A DNA stretch of 64,000 bases from Syntrophus sp. (in: bacteria) (GCA_025355725.1 JANXZC010000158.1:2714-66713); one strand, 5' to 3'; shown: positions 9,073 to 17,140, counted from the stretch's first letter. Notes: a model not told the origin generated them from the letters alone. Translations and numbers: made by a program.

Positions 9073-11778
9073 CTATCCCAATTGAATGATACCGGTGGGG
9101 TCGATTGAAAGCGGACCGGCGTGCAGGTTTGCACCCAGGAAATTAAGCTTGATCCCGGTCTGCGAGCTCACACTGATATAATCGTTACCATGCTGGATCT
9201 TTATATCGTTGGCCGAGGCCACCACTTTTCCTCCTGCCGGCTGCTGTTCCATAGTGGCATCGGCGGCGGCCAAGGTTATTTTCCCTCCCCCGTTCTTTTG
9301 AATAACCACATTGGCACTGGTAACCTTAACGCTGTTGGCGGCGGGTAGCTGCTCAAGAGCCACCCCCTGGGCATCAACGGTAATCTTGCCCCCGGCCTGC
9401 TCCTTCTGAATAGTGATGCTTTCGTTGATTCCCGGGGTCATCTTGATGGAAGATGTCGGCGTAGCCATCACGGGACCGATCAGCAACTGGATGCCGTTAT
9501 TGTATGCAAGCTGAGCACTGTAGGGGCTGGCGTAAACTTTGATTCCCGTGTCATTCATCTCAATTTTGCTGATAGCGTTTGTGAGTTCGGTGCTCAGCTT
9601 ATTAACCAGATACGCCAGAGCGGCCACCTGCGCAGCCGCTCCCACCGCGATGGGTGCCATGCTTACCCCCATCTGCTTCATGGCCGCAACACCGCTCTCC
9701 TCATCGGGATAAGCGGCGCTGGCAATGTCACCGCCAAAGGCGGCCAGAAGGGCTCCCACCGCGGCACCGCCAAAGATCAGGGTTTTCTGCAGCGTGGACA
9801 GCACGGCCTTATCAGCAGGAAGAAGACCGGCGGAAATCACTACTTCTTCCGTGCCCAGCAGATCGTCTTTATCCTTGATGGTCTCTTTGGTCTTCCCGAA
9901 TTCGACGTGATGGCCTGCTTTGCACTCAATAGTCCCCGCCCATTCGAAAACGCTCTTCATGGCCATGGTGAACTCCGAGGCCGTCCCCACCATAAGTTCC
10001 GACTTAGAACCGATGGTCACATAGTTCTCCGAACCGATAACGATTGAGTCTTCCTGTCCCATGACCACTTCATGCTTGTTACCCGACGACTTGACGTGAA
10101 ACGCCCCTTCATCCTCTCCCCCCTTGCCTATATAGATACCATGGCCCTGCTTTCCAAAGGGGCTGAAGAGATAAATGTATTCCTCCCCCGTGGTATCGTC
10201 CATGACAATTTGATTGCCACCGGGGGTCTTGATTACGTGCTGTTTAGGATTTTTATCCGTAACCACGTTGAAGTCCTGGGAGTTGAAAACGGCACCGCTG
10301 ATGACGGGGAGATCGGGGTCGCCGTCCCGGAAGGAGAGGACAACCTCCGCCCCCTTGTGCAACGGGAAATTCATACCGTGAGTCTTGTCGCTCGTCCCGG
10401 CGAAAGGGCTCGCCATCCGCACATGATAAGAACTCGTACTCTTCCCCCACTTATTGCTGAAATCGTCACCCCCCTCCTCCGGCGCAAAAGGAAGCCTGAC
10501 CTTGTAGCGGCCCAGGGTCGGATCGATGTCCGGCGTCTCCGTAGACAGATCCCCGTCGATAACTGCATTCATAGTCGCGTGGATCTTTGGCTTGGGCGTC
10601 AGGCGCTGGGATCGGAACTGCACCGCTGCCGGAATCATCGTGAAGGTATTGTTATATTGAAATTCCTCCTCAACCCCCGTTAGCGGCTGTTGGCCCTCAT
10701 GTGCGGCATGGATGATCAGGTAATCACCGGAAAAGGTCTGACCGGGATCGTCAATGGTAATCAAAGTCCCGGGGATCAGGCCCGGCCCTGAAGCCATACC
10801 GTAATAAACCTTGGTCTGGCAGAATATCTCCTCGGCCCTGATCCCGGCCAGAGTCTGACCTTCCTCGGCAGTACTGAAATTCTCCCCATAAATGGTCTGC
10901 ACCCTGCCCGAGACATCGGTCGCAGAGCCTACATCCGCCGATGCCGACATGGTCCCCATCCCCGCCGTATTGTAATTGTAATTCCTCAAGATCACCTTCG
11001 CCGGAAAGGCCGCCTGATGCATGATCATGGTAAATATCGTCTCCGGCGCCGGGCCGGCGCCGGGAGTACCCACAGCCTTGTACTGCAACGTCTTCGTCGC
11101 CGGGGGATGGGATATTCTCGTATCCGTAATTACCATCTTTTCCGGCATCACATCCTGCAAACTATCATGCCAGGTCTGGTCCTGTTCAAAATAATAATAG
11201 ACCCCTTCCCTCTCCATCAGGCGCTGAAGAAAATTGAGGTCGCTCTCTTCATACTGACACACATAGGACCAGCGATTGTATCCCCCCAGCAACGGATCAT
11301 AATGGGTCCCCGTCAACTTCAGCTCATAGTCGAGAGAAGTAAAGCCGTTATCCTTCATAACGCCATCAATGATAGCACCAAACGCCTTCCCAACATAAAT
11401 GTCCGAGCGTGTATTGAGGTAAAGAAGAAACATCTTCGAGCGAAGCCGGAGCTCATACTGAGTGTAATCGCCCACCCTCTGGATCTGACGAAACTCCGTG
11501 ACGATGCCGTGATAGTAGGAAAAATGATTTTGAACAACCATGCATAATACGGCCGGTCGCAGCAGCACCTCCCCGAGCAAGGCCGGTATATTGTCCGTCG
11601 TGGAACGGAGAGTGACATAAAAATCATAAACAAAGGAAAGATTCTCATCCCCTGTAAACTTGACCACATCGAACTCCGGCTTGACCGTATCCTTGTCGTT
11701 ATAGATGAAGCTGAAGGTGAAATAATCATCCGGAGCTCCGCTAACGTCTGTCAAATTGTCCCACTTGTCCTCTTCCAT
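9073..11778 (-). CDS. vgrG: type VI secretion spike protein VgrG (TssI) with an extended C-terminus
   Basis: gp27-like region (YVCQYEESDLNFLQRLMEREGVYYYF), gp5 OB-fold (HVRMASPFAGTSDKTHGMNFPLHKGAEVVLSFRDGDPDLPVISGAVFN) and beta-helix repeats. GGGAGA lies upstream of the ATG. Confidence 0.9.
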   Translation of the reverse strand: MEEDKWDNLTDVSGAPDDYFTFSFIYNDKDTVKPEFDVVKFTGDENLSFVYDFYVTLRSTTDNIPALLGEVLLRPAVLCMVVQNHFSYYHGIVTEFRQIQRVGDYTQYELRLRSKMFLLYLNTRSDIYVGKAFGAIIDGVMKDNGFTSLDYELKLTGTHYDPLLGGYNRWSYVCQYEESDLNFLQRLMEREGVYYYFEQDQTWHDSLQDVMPEKMVITDTRISHPPATKTLQYKAVGTPGAGPAPETIFTMIMHQAAFPAKVILRNYNYNTAGMGTMSASADVGSATDVSGRVQTIYGENFSTAEEGQTLAGIRAEEIFCQTKVYYGMASGPGLIPGTLITIDDPGQTFSGDYLIIHAAHEGQQPLTGVEEEFQYNNTFTMIPAAVQFRSQRLTPKPKIHATMNAVIDGDLSTETPDIDPTLGRYKVRLPFAPEEGGDDFSNKWGKSTSSYHVRMASPFAGTSDKTHGMNFPLHKGAEVVLSFRDGDPDLPVISGAVFNSQDFNVVTDKNPKQHVIKTPGGNQIVMDDTTGEEYIYLFSPFGKQGHGIYIGKGGEDEGAFHVKSSGNKHEVVMGQEDSIVIGSENYVTIGSKSELMVGTASEFTMAMKSVFEWAGTIECKAGHHVEFGKTKETIKDKDDLLGTEEVVISAGLLPADKAVLSTLQKTLIFGGAAVGALLAAFGGDIASAAYPDEESGVAAMKQMGVSMAPIAVGAAAQVAALAYLVNKLSTELTNAISKIEMNDTGIKVYASPYSAQLAYNNGIQLLIGPVMATPTSSIKMTPGINESITIQKEQAGGKITVDAQGVALEQLPAANSVKVTSANVVIQKNGGGKITLAAADATMEQQPAGGKVVASANDIKIQHGNDYISVSSQTGIKLNFLGANLHAGPLSIDPTGIIQLG

Positions 11779-11829
11779 ATGATCTCCCTAACAAAGATGA
11801 CCTTCGTTGTGATTACAAATACATCCAAT

Positions 11830-12225
11830 TCATCCCATGATCATGACCTTGTTCTGGCTCGGCGCCAGCACGGAACCTACGGCATTGCCGTCGTTCTGTT
11901 TGGTCATATTGCCGAGAAATACGGCCGGATTGCCCTCCAATTTCACCTTTGTACTCCCCATAACGAATTCCGCGGGCCCCATGATCTTGCCGGAGACAGC
12001 TCCCTGGTTGACGCCTCCCTCATCACCGTTCGTAGGCGATATCTTCGAGGCCTTCGTCAGTGCGGGCATGCCATTGATCAAGACCTTGGTGGTGACCGGG
12101 TTGCCCATCTGGGGCATGCCGGTGTTGGGGTAGGGGGTCGGAATGGGCGGGGCCGGCGGGGCCGGGGTAAGGCAGACATCAGGCATGGCCATGAGCTGCC
12201 CATTTTCTTTGGTAACGGCAAACAT
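11830..12225 (-). CDS. DUF4150 PAAR-like spike-tip protein
   Basis: PDVCLTPAPP..PIPTPYPNTG...TKVLINGMPALTKASKISPTNGDEGGVNQGAVSG...GSTKVKLEGNPAVFLGNMTKQNDGN fits the DUF4150/PAAR-like pattern. It has a strong AGGAGA RBS and no C-terminal toxin extension. Confidence 0.72.
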   Translation of the reverse strand: MFAVTKENGQLMAMPDVCLTPAPPAPPIPTPYPNTGMPQMGNPVTTKVLINGMPALTKASKISPTNGDEGGVNQGAVSGKIMGPAEFVMGSTKVKLEGNPAVFLGNMTKQNDGNAVGSVLAPSQNKVMIMG

Positions 12226-12243
12226 GATATGATTTCTCCTAGG

Positions 12244-12900
12244 CTAACCGATGTGTATCTTCTTACCGTCGATAGTAACTTCCTCTTCCGAGATCAGGGA
12301 GGCATGGCCCGCCTTGACGGAGAAGCGATCCTTAACTATTGTCCGGATTCTGCCGGCCCTGATCTGTTCCAAATTTTCGATCCAGCGGAAACTGTCCCGG
12401 ACCCGCTCTGTGACTCTCCCGACTACGCTGTCAAGGATATCGATAACCTGAACGGACTTTTTGCTCCGCACCTCCATGATACTCGCCAGGAGGGAGCAGG
12501 CCGCAAAACGGACCTTCCCGGAGATACCGGTAATTTCAATATCCGGCGCTTCCAGGGCAACGCTTTTGTCACCACGAACAATAACGTTATCTGCCTGAAG
12601 CTTTAGCGGTCCCGTTTCCGTCCGCAGGCTGGCCTCCCCAGGAAATACCATCTCATAACATGTCCCGACTTTATCCAGAACCATCAGGATGTAGCCGCCT
12701 GCGGCGGCATCAGCGGTTATCAGCACCCGATCCCCAGTGTCCGGTTGAAGGAGACATCCCTCCGCCTTGCGCACCCAGAGGGATGCCCCGTCGTCAGTAT
12801 CAATCCGATAACGATCCTCGTCCCATTCCATTACCAGGCCATAGGCCAGGGATACAGGCCAAACAGTTACATTCTTTCTCAATACGGCAACATTTGTCAT
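12244..12900 (-). CDS. DUF3540-like protein, first gene of the vgrG island
   Basis: I chose the ATG at 12900, preceded by AAGAGG; the track start at 12921 is a TTG. The motif AEGCLLQPDTGDRVL...GGYILMVLDK and its position next to DUF4150/VgrG/DUF2169 match my recollection of DUF3540 neighbourhoods. The family call is context-driven. Confidence 0.5.
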   Translation of the reverse strand: MTNVAVLRKNVTVWPVSLAYGLVMEWDEDRYRIDTDDGASLWVRKAEGCLLQPDTGDRVLITADAAAGGYILMVLDKVGTCYEMVFPGEASLRTETGPLKLQADNVIVRGDKSVALEAPDIEITGISGKVRFAACSLLASIMEVRSKKSVQVIDILDSVVGRVTERVRDSFRWIENLEQIRAGRIRTIVKDRFSVKAGHASLISEEEVTIDGKKIHIG

Positions 12901-13250
12901 GGCGATACCTCTTTCCCGCAAAAAAGATTACTCCCGGCTCATCGGACGCATCTCATTATTTTCGGATGACCTGGAGAGGTATCCAAAAGGTTCCGTCTCC
13001 AAGAGCACGGGGAGTATAAAGAAATCCATCTCTCATGTCAAAATTATTTAAAGTCCAACTTAATATTAGCATGGCGTCGCACCTCATATTTTACGGTCAA
13101 TATCTCATTGACACATCGGGCAGTCCATCGTATGTTTTCAAAACTCATGCCCACTCTTACCCTCCTAGTAAAAGGAAGAGAAAGGGTTCATTATCCGCTA
13201 GTATTCATGGTGGATAGCCGTCATGGGGATGACGAAAATCTCCCGTAACC

Positions 13251-13294
13251 CCTCTTTCTCCAAAGAGGTGATATCCCCCCTCTGACAAAGAGGG
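13251..13294. repeat. pair of short GC-rich hairpins in the divergent intergenic region
   Basis: CCTCTTT-ctcc-AAAGAGG (13251-13268) and CCCTCT-gacaa-AGAGGG (13278-13294) lie ~45 nt upstream of the channel gene ATG. Confidence 0.6.
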
Positions 13295-13338
13295 ACTTAG
13301 GGGGGGTTGATGCGCATTTTCCGGTGAAAGGGTGACCG

Positions 13339-14505
13339 ATGTTAAAGCGGATTTTGATACCAATCCTATGTTTCGTGGTTATCCAGACGGGCCTTTTGAT
13401 CATGGATGCCGGATGGACGCCTGCGTCGGCCGCTGGGAAAAAGCTCATCGTCGGCATTGCCAATGATCCGCCTTATACTTTCAAGAACGAGCAAGGGCAG
13501 TGGACCGGAATAACGGTTGATCTCTGGCGACATATCGCCCAGGACTTGAAACTGGATTATTCGCTGAAGGAGATGACTCAGGAAGAAGTCCTGGATTCAC
13601 TTCAGAACGGCTCTATAGATTTATCGGCCGACGCCGTTATCATCACCTCGCAACGGGAACAGCGTTTTGAGTTTACCGTGCCCATTGCCAGCACGCGCGT
13701 AGCCGTGGCAACCCTTTACGACAAGGAAGATCACCCATGGCTGGCAGCCCTGAAGATATTCTTTTCCTGGGGTACTTTGAAGATTATCATTGTCCTGCTG
13801 ATGATACTGCTTTTACTTGGATTTCTCTTTTGGCGTATCGAGAAGAAGGGCAACCCCGAACACTTTGGAGAAGGGCTGATCCGGGGTATTGGTTCCGGCA
13901 TTTACTGGGTGGGCTCGACCATGACATCAGGCGTCTGTTTCGGAGTCAGCTTGAAATCTGTCAGCGGCCGGGTATTGGGTCTCTTTTGGATGCTGATCTG
14001 CGCCCTGGCTTTGAGCGCCTTTATTGCATCCCTCAGCTCTTCCCTTACCACGCATCATCTCAGTGAAACAAAATTCGGCATCGATAAGCTGAGAAGAATG
14101 CACTTGGGGACAGAAGCAGGGTCGGTGCCTCATTCCATTGTCGAGAAAATTGGCAGCCGGACAACATTTATAAAGGGCGGTGAAGAGGATGTATTAAAAG
14201 AACTCATCAATAAAAAAATTGACGGCTTCCTTTACGATGAGGCAACGCTGCATTATTACGCAGAGGGGAAATACCGGGGAATCATAACCGTGCACCCGAC
14301 CAGCCTGAAAGAGATCGTTATTGCCTTTGGAATGCCCCACAACAGCCCGCTGCGGAAACCGATCAACATATCGCTGTTAAAGCTTCTCGATGAACCGGTG
14401 TGGGAATCCATCCTCAGCCGTTATGGCCTGGATAGTAATTTCGAAGCAAGGCACATTGTAATCGGCAGGGAAAAGAAACATAAAACCTTGAAAAGCGACG
14501 AATAA
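13339..14505 (+). CDS. GluR0-type channel: family-3 solute-binding domain split by a two-TM pore-loop ion-channel module
   Basis: Signal/TM, then SBP lobe 1 (KKLIVGIANDPPYTFKNEQGQWTGITVDLWRHIAQDL...IITSQREQRFEFTVP), TM (IIIVLLMILLLLGFLFW), pore-loop-like IYWVGSTMTSGVCFG, TM (VLGLFWMLICALALSAFIASL), and SBP lobe 2 (LGTEAGSVPH...IDGFLYDEATLHYY...IAFGMPHNSPLRKPINISLLKL). Confidence 0.65.
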   Translation: MLKRILIPILCFVVIQTGLLIMDAGWTPASAAGKKLIVGIANDPPYTFKNEQGQWTGITVDLWRHIAQDLKLDYSLKEMTQEEVLDSLQNGSIDLSADAVIITSQREQRFEFTVPIASTRVAVATLYDKEDHPWLAALKIFFSWGTLKIIIVLLMILLLLGFLFWRIEKKGNPEHFGEGLIRGIGSGIYWVGSTMTSGVCFGVSLKSVSGRVLGLFWMLICALALSAFIASLSSSLTTHHLSETKFGIDKLRRMHLGTEAGSVPHSIVEKIGSRTTFIKGGEEDVLKELINKKIDGFLYDEATLHYYAEGKYRGIITVHPTSLKEIVIAFGMPHNSPLRKPINISLLKLLDEPVWESILSRYGLDSNFEARHIVIGREKKHKTLKSDE

Positions 14506-14516
14506 GGACAAATACC

Positions 14517-16133
14517 ATGAAGACAATCCCCCCGCCCTACACAATTCTTGCGCTAGGTCCTTTTTGCCCCGTCCCGGAGACGGGATTTTCTTTGAAGATC
14601 ACCCCCGTAGAAACCACGGCTCTTCAGGAGGCTTTTAGTGAATTGTCACCCCGGCTCTGGATTCCGGCACCCACGGACATCTGCCCGCCCGGGGGGCTGA
14701 CCCTGCAACCGTCCGGGATAAGAGACCTCACCCCGGACGGCCTGATCCGGACGACACCCTATCTCAAGGATCTCTGCGACGCCGGGGAATTGATCGCCAA
14801 GGGCCACAGCAGCGGCGCCACCCCGGCTGATATCGCCGCCCAGGTGCAGTCCGCCTGGCCCCATCTTCCCTTGGACCTTTCCATTCCCACCGTATCTGCG
14901 CATGGGCAACAGGCAACCCGCCTCGACAGCGCCGTCGACGATATCCTCTCCATGGTGGCCATGCCCGATGGACCAGATCAGGGAGCGCCAAGGAGCGCGG
15001 GAGGTCCTGCGGAGTGGAAAAGGAATCTTGATGACCTCTTGTCGGCAAATATCGCCTGTATCTTCGGAAGCAAAGACTTCCGAGCCTTTGAAGCGACCTG
15101 GCGGGGGGCGGAATGCCTCATCCGCCGGGGCGGTGTTAAGGAAGGGGGGAAGATCGTATTGAAAATCGTCCCGGTCTCGGCAGAGAGCCTTTCCGGGACC
15201 TTGGAATCCCTGGCAATCGAACTTGCTGCGGACACCCCCGACCTTATCCTCATCGACCTGCCCCTGGACAACACCCCCGGGGGCGTCGAGACACTGGGGA
15301 AAATCGCCGCCTTTGCGGCTACACTGCTCATCCCGGCGACAACATGGATTACCCCCGCTTTTTTCCATCTTGATAACTGGCGGGATCTGCACCGCCTTGC
15401 CTATCTCAAAAACCATCTGGACGACGCCGTCTATGCCAAGTGGCGCAAACTCAGGGAACAACCGTCGGGGCAGTGGCTGACCATGACCTGCAACCGTTTT
15501 CTTACCCGCCCTCCCTATGGAGAAGACAACCGCCCCCGCTCCGTCGCCTTCACGGAGCAGGAACTCCTGTGGATCAGTCCGGTATGGGCACTGGGAACCC
15601 TGGCTGCTCAGAGCGTCAACCAGTTTGGCTGGCCATCGCGCCTGAGCGACTACATGCGCATACGCATGAAGGATCTTGCCGTGTCAGTCCAAGGTGATGA
15701 CACAGCTTCGCCCACCGAGGCGGTCTTCCCGGACGACCGGATTCGGCAGTTTGTGGAAATCGGCATCACACCCCTGGCGGGGGCGCCGGGGCAGGACACG
15801 GCCTTCATGCCCAAGGCAGCCGTCGCCTCCGGCGAATCCCTTCTTTCCCAAATGTTCCTTTCCCGGATCATCGGTTTTCTCATCAGGTTGCGGGAGGCCT
15901 ACGAGCAAAGCGACAGGGAAACGGAACCGATAAGTTTCGTCACCGAGGCCCTGATGGCCTTTTTTGAAGCAACGGGACAGGAACCGCCGGACGACCTGTT
16001 GGTAGCCGTCGGCGCCCACCCTGAAGGACACAAGCAGGAGGAAGAGGCAACGCTGCCCCTGGATATTACCTTCACTCCTCCGAAGGCGGTGTCCCCGGAT
16101 TCCCGAAATCTGGCCTTCACCTTTTCCTGGTAG
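14517..16133 (+). CDS. fused TssB-like / TssC-like contractile-sheath homologue (single 538-aa polypeptide)
   Basis: Residues 1-100 follow the VipA/TssB pattern (YTILALGPF..., LKITPVETTALQEAF, LTLQPSGIRDLTPDGLIRTTPYLKDL). From about residue 175 the sequence tracks VipB/TssC block by block: FRAFEATWRGAECLI (cf. FQAMESAWRGLKLFV), VYAKWRKLREQPSGQWL, CNRFLTRPPYG (cf. APRFLLRVPYD), LLWISPVWALGTLAAQSVNQFGW, SPTEAVFPDDRIRQFVEIGITPL, and SQMFLSRIIGFLIRL. Confidence 0.65.
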   Translation: MKTIPPPYTILALGPFCPVPETGFSLKITPVETTALQEAFSELSPRLWIPAPTDICPPGGLTLQPSGIRDLTPDGLIRTTPYLKDLCDAGELIAKGHSSGATPADIAAQVQSAWPHLPLDLSIPTVSAHGQQATRLDSAVDDILSMVAMPDGPDQGAPRSAGGPAEWKRNLDDLLSANIACIFGSKDFRAFEATWRGAECLIRRGGVKEGGKIVLKIVPVSAESLSGTLESLAIELAADTPDLILIDLPLDNTPGGVETLGKIAAFAATLLIPATTWITPAFFHLDNWRDLHRLAYLKNHLDDAVYAKWRKLREQPSGQWLTMTCNRFLTRPPYGEDNRPRSVAFTEQELLWISPVWALGTLAAQSVNQFGWPSRLSDYMRIRMKDLAVSVQGDDTASPTEAVFPDDRIRQFVEIGITPLAGAPGQDTAFMPKAAVASGESLLSQMFLSRIIGFLIRLREAYEQSDRETEPISFVTEALMAFFEATGQEPPDDLLVAVGAHPEGHKQEEEATLPLDITFTPPKAVSPDSRNLAFTFSW

Positions 16134-16256
16134 AGGCCGGAAAGGCATCGCAATCTTGTATTGTTTAACAATTCTATATCATTGGTTAATTACGATTAAA
16201 CAAAAAATAGCCCTTTCGAAGAGGGCACAAAGCCTGTGAAATAAGGAGGTCTCGAC

Positions 16257-17033
16257 ATGAAAAAGATCTGGATCAGCGCCTTGGAAAAGGACCAGGAAAA
16301 GGTCCAAAAGATTATGAGTGTGGTCAAGACTTATGGGCTGGCCGTGGATGGGCATTTCTGGCTGGATGACCTGACGAAGATGGCCTGGGACAGCGCCCTG
16401 GAACCTCTTGCTGCCAAGGATACGGCCATGTGGATAATTATCGGCGCAGAGGCCTCATGGCAAACTCTTTCCATCCGGCAAGGACTTTCTCTCCTTGCCC
16501 TTGCCGTTCAACATCAAAAAGGGTTGGGGTTTCCAATCCTCATTGTCCCCACGGAGGGAACAATCGATCCGGAAACGCTTCCCACCCTCTTCCGGGGCGC
16601 AGAGGTTATTCCCTTCGCCACGGCAACGCTGGGACCAAAGATCGTGGCCCTGGCCAATCGGCCTGTAATATCCCTTGATCCGGGATACCGCCTCAATCTC
16701 CACGCCCTCCATGGCATCGGCCTGTGGTTCGAGGTGGGCCCGCCGAAGGACATCCCCTGGGACGGCGCCATGTTCGGCGTCCACGGGGCGGATATCGACG
16801 TCCACGGCGTCGGTCCGGCGGACGGGATTCCTGCCCGAACCGTCCTGGAGTACGCCATGAAGGGCATGAAGGTTACCCTTGGGGAGGAGGAGTTTAACGC
16901 CTGGGCCGCCCAGAATCACCTCGACGGAACCATGTCCTATTACGTCAGGGTCCAGGGCGTCCCCGACAAACTGCTCTTCGGTCCTTATGCCGCCTCCGAC
17001 GATGCGGAGGTCCATATCGTCGCCCTGACTTGA
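16257..17033 (+). CDS. hypothetical protein (258 aa), no family recognised
   Basis: Strong RBS (AAGGAGG 7 nt upstream). The N-terminal ~130 aa alternate beta/alpha (KKIWISALEKDQEKVQKIMSVVKTYGLAVDGHFW...WIIIGAE...PILIVP), and the C-terminal ~120 aa are beta-rich. The strand and codon style match the upstream sheath-like gene. Confidence 0.55.
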   Translation: MKKIWISALEKDQEKVQKIMSVVKTYGLAVDGHFWLDDLTKMAWDSALEPLAAKDTAMWIIIGAEASWQTLSIRQGLSLLALAVQHQKGLGFPILIVPTEGTIDPETLPTLFRGAEVIPFATATLGPKIVALANRPVISLDPGYRLNLHALHGIGLWFEVGPPKDIPWDGAMFGVHGADIDVHGVGPADGIPARTVLEYAMKGMKVTLGEEEFNAWAAQNHLDGTMSYYVRVQGVPDKLLFGPYAASDDAEVHIVALT

Positions 17034-17140
17034 CAGGGGCCCGAATATTTCGGAAAGGCATGAAGTCAGGCACGACAAGGCCTTAGGCTCGAATTTGCGC
17101 CGTCTCAGAATGAGATCATAATGATGGCAGGAAATGGTTG

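Noticed and set aside
16196-16222. Hairpin GCCCTTTCGAAGAGGGC, preceded by an A-run, between the sheath-like gene and the 258-aa gene, as a possible terminator
   Set aside because: On the plus strand no T-run follows it. It would only look like a terminator for the minus strand, where nothing is transcribed toward it. The stem also needs a G-U pair and a 3-nt loop.
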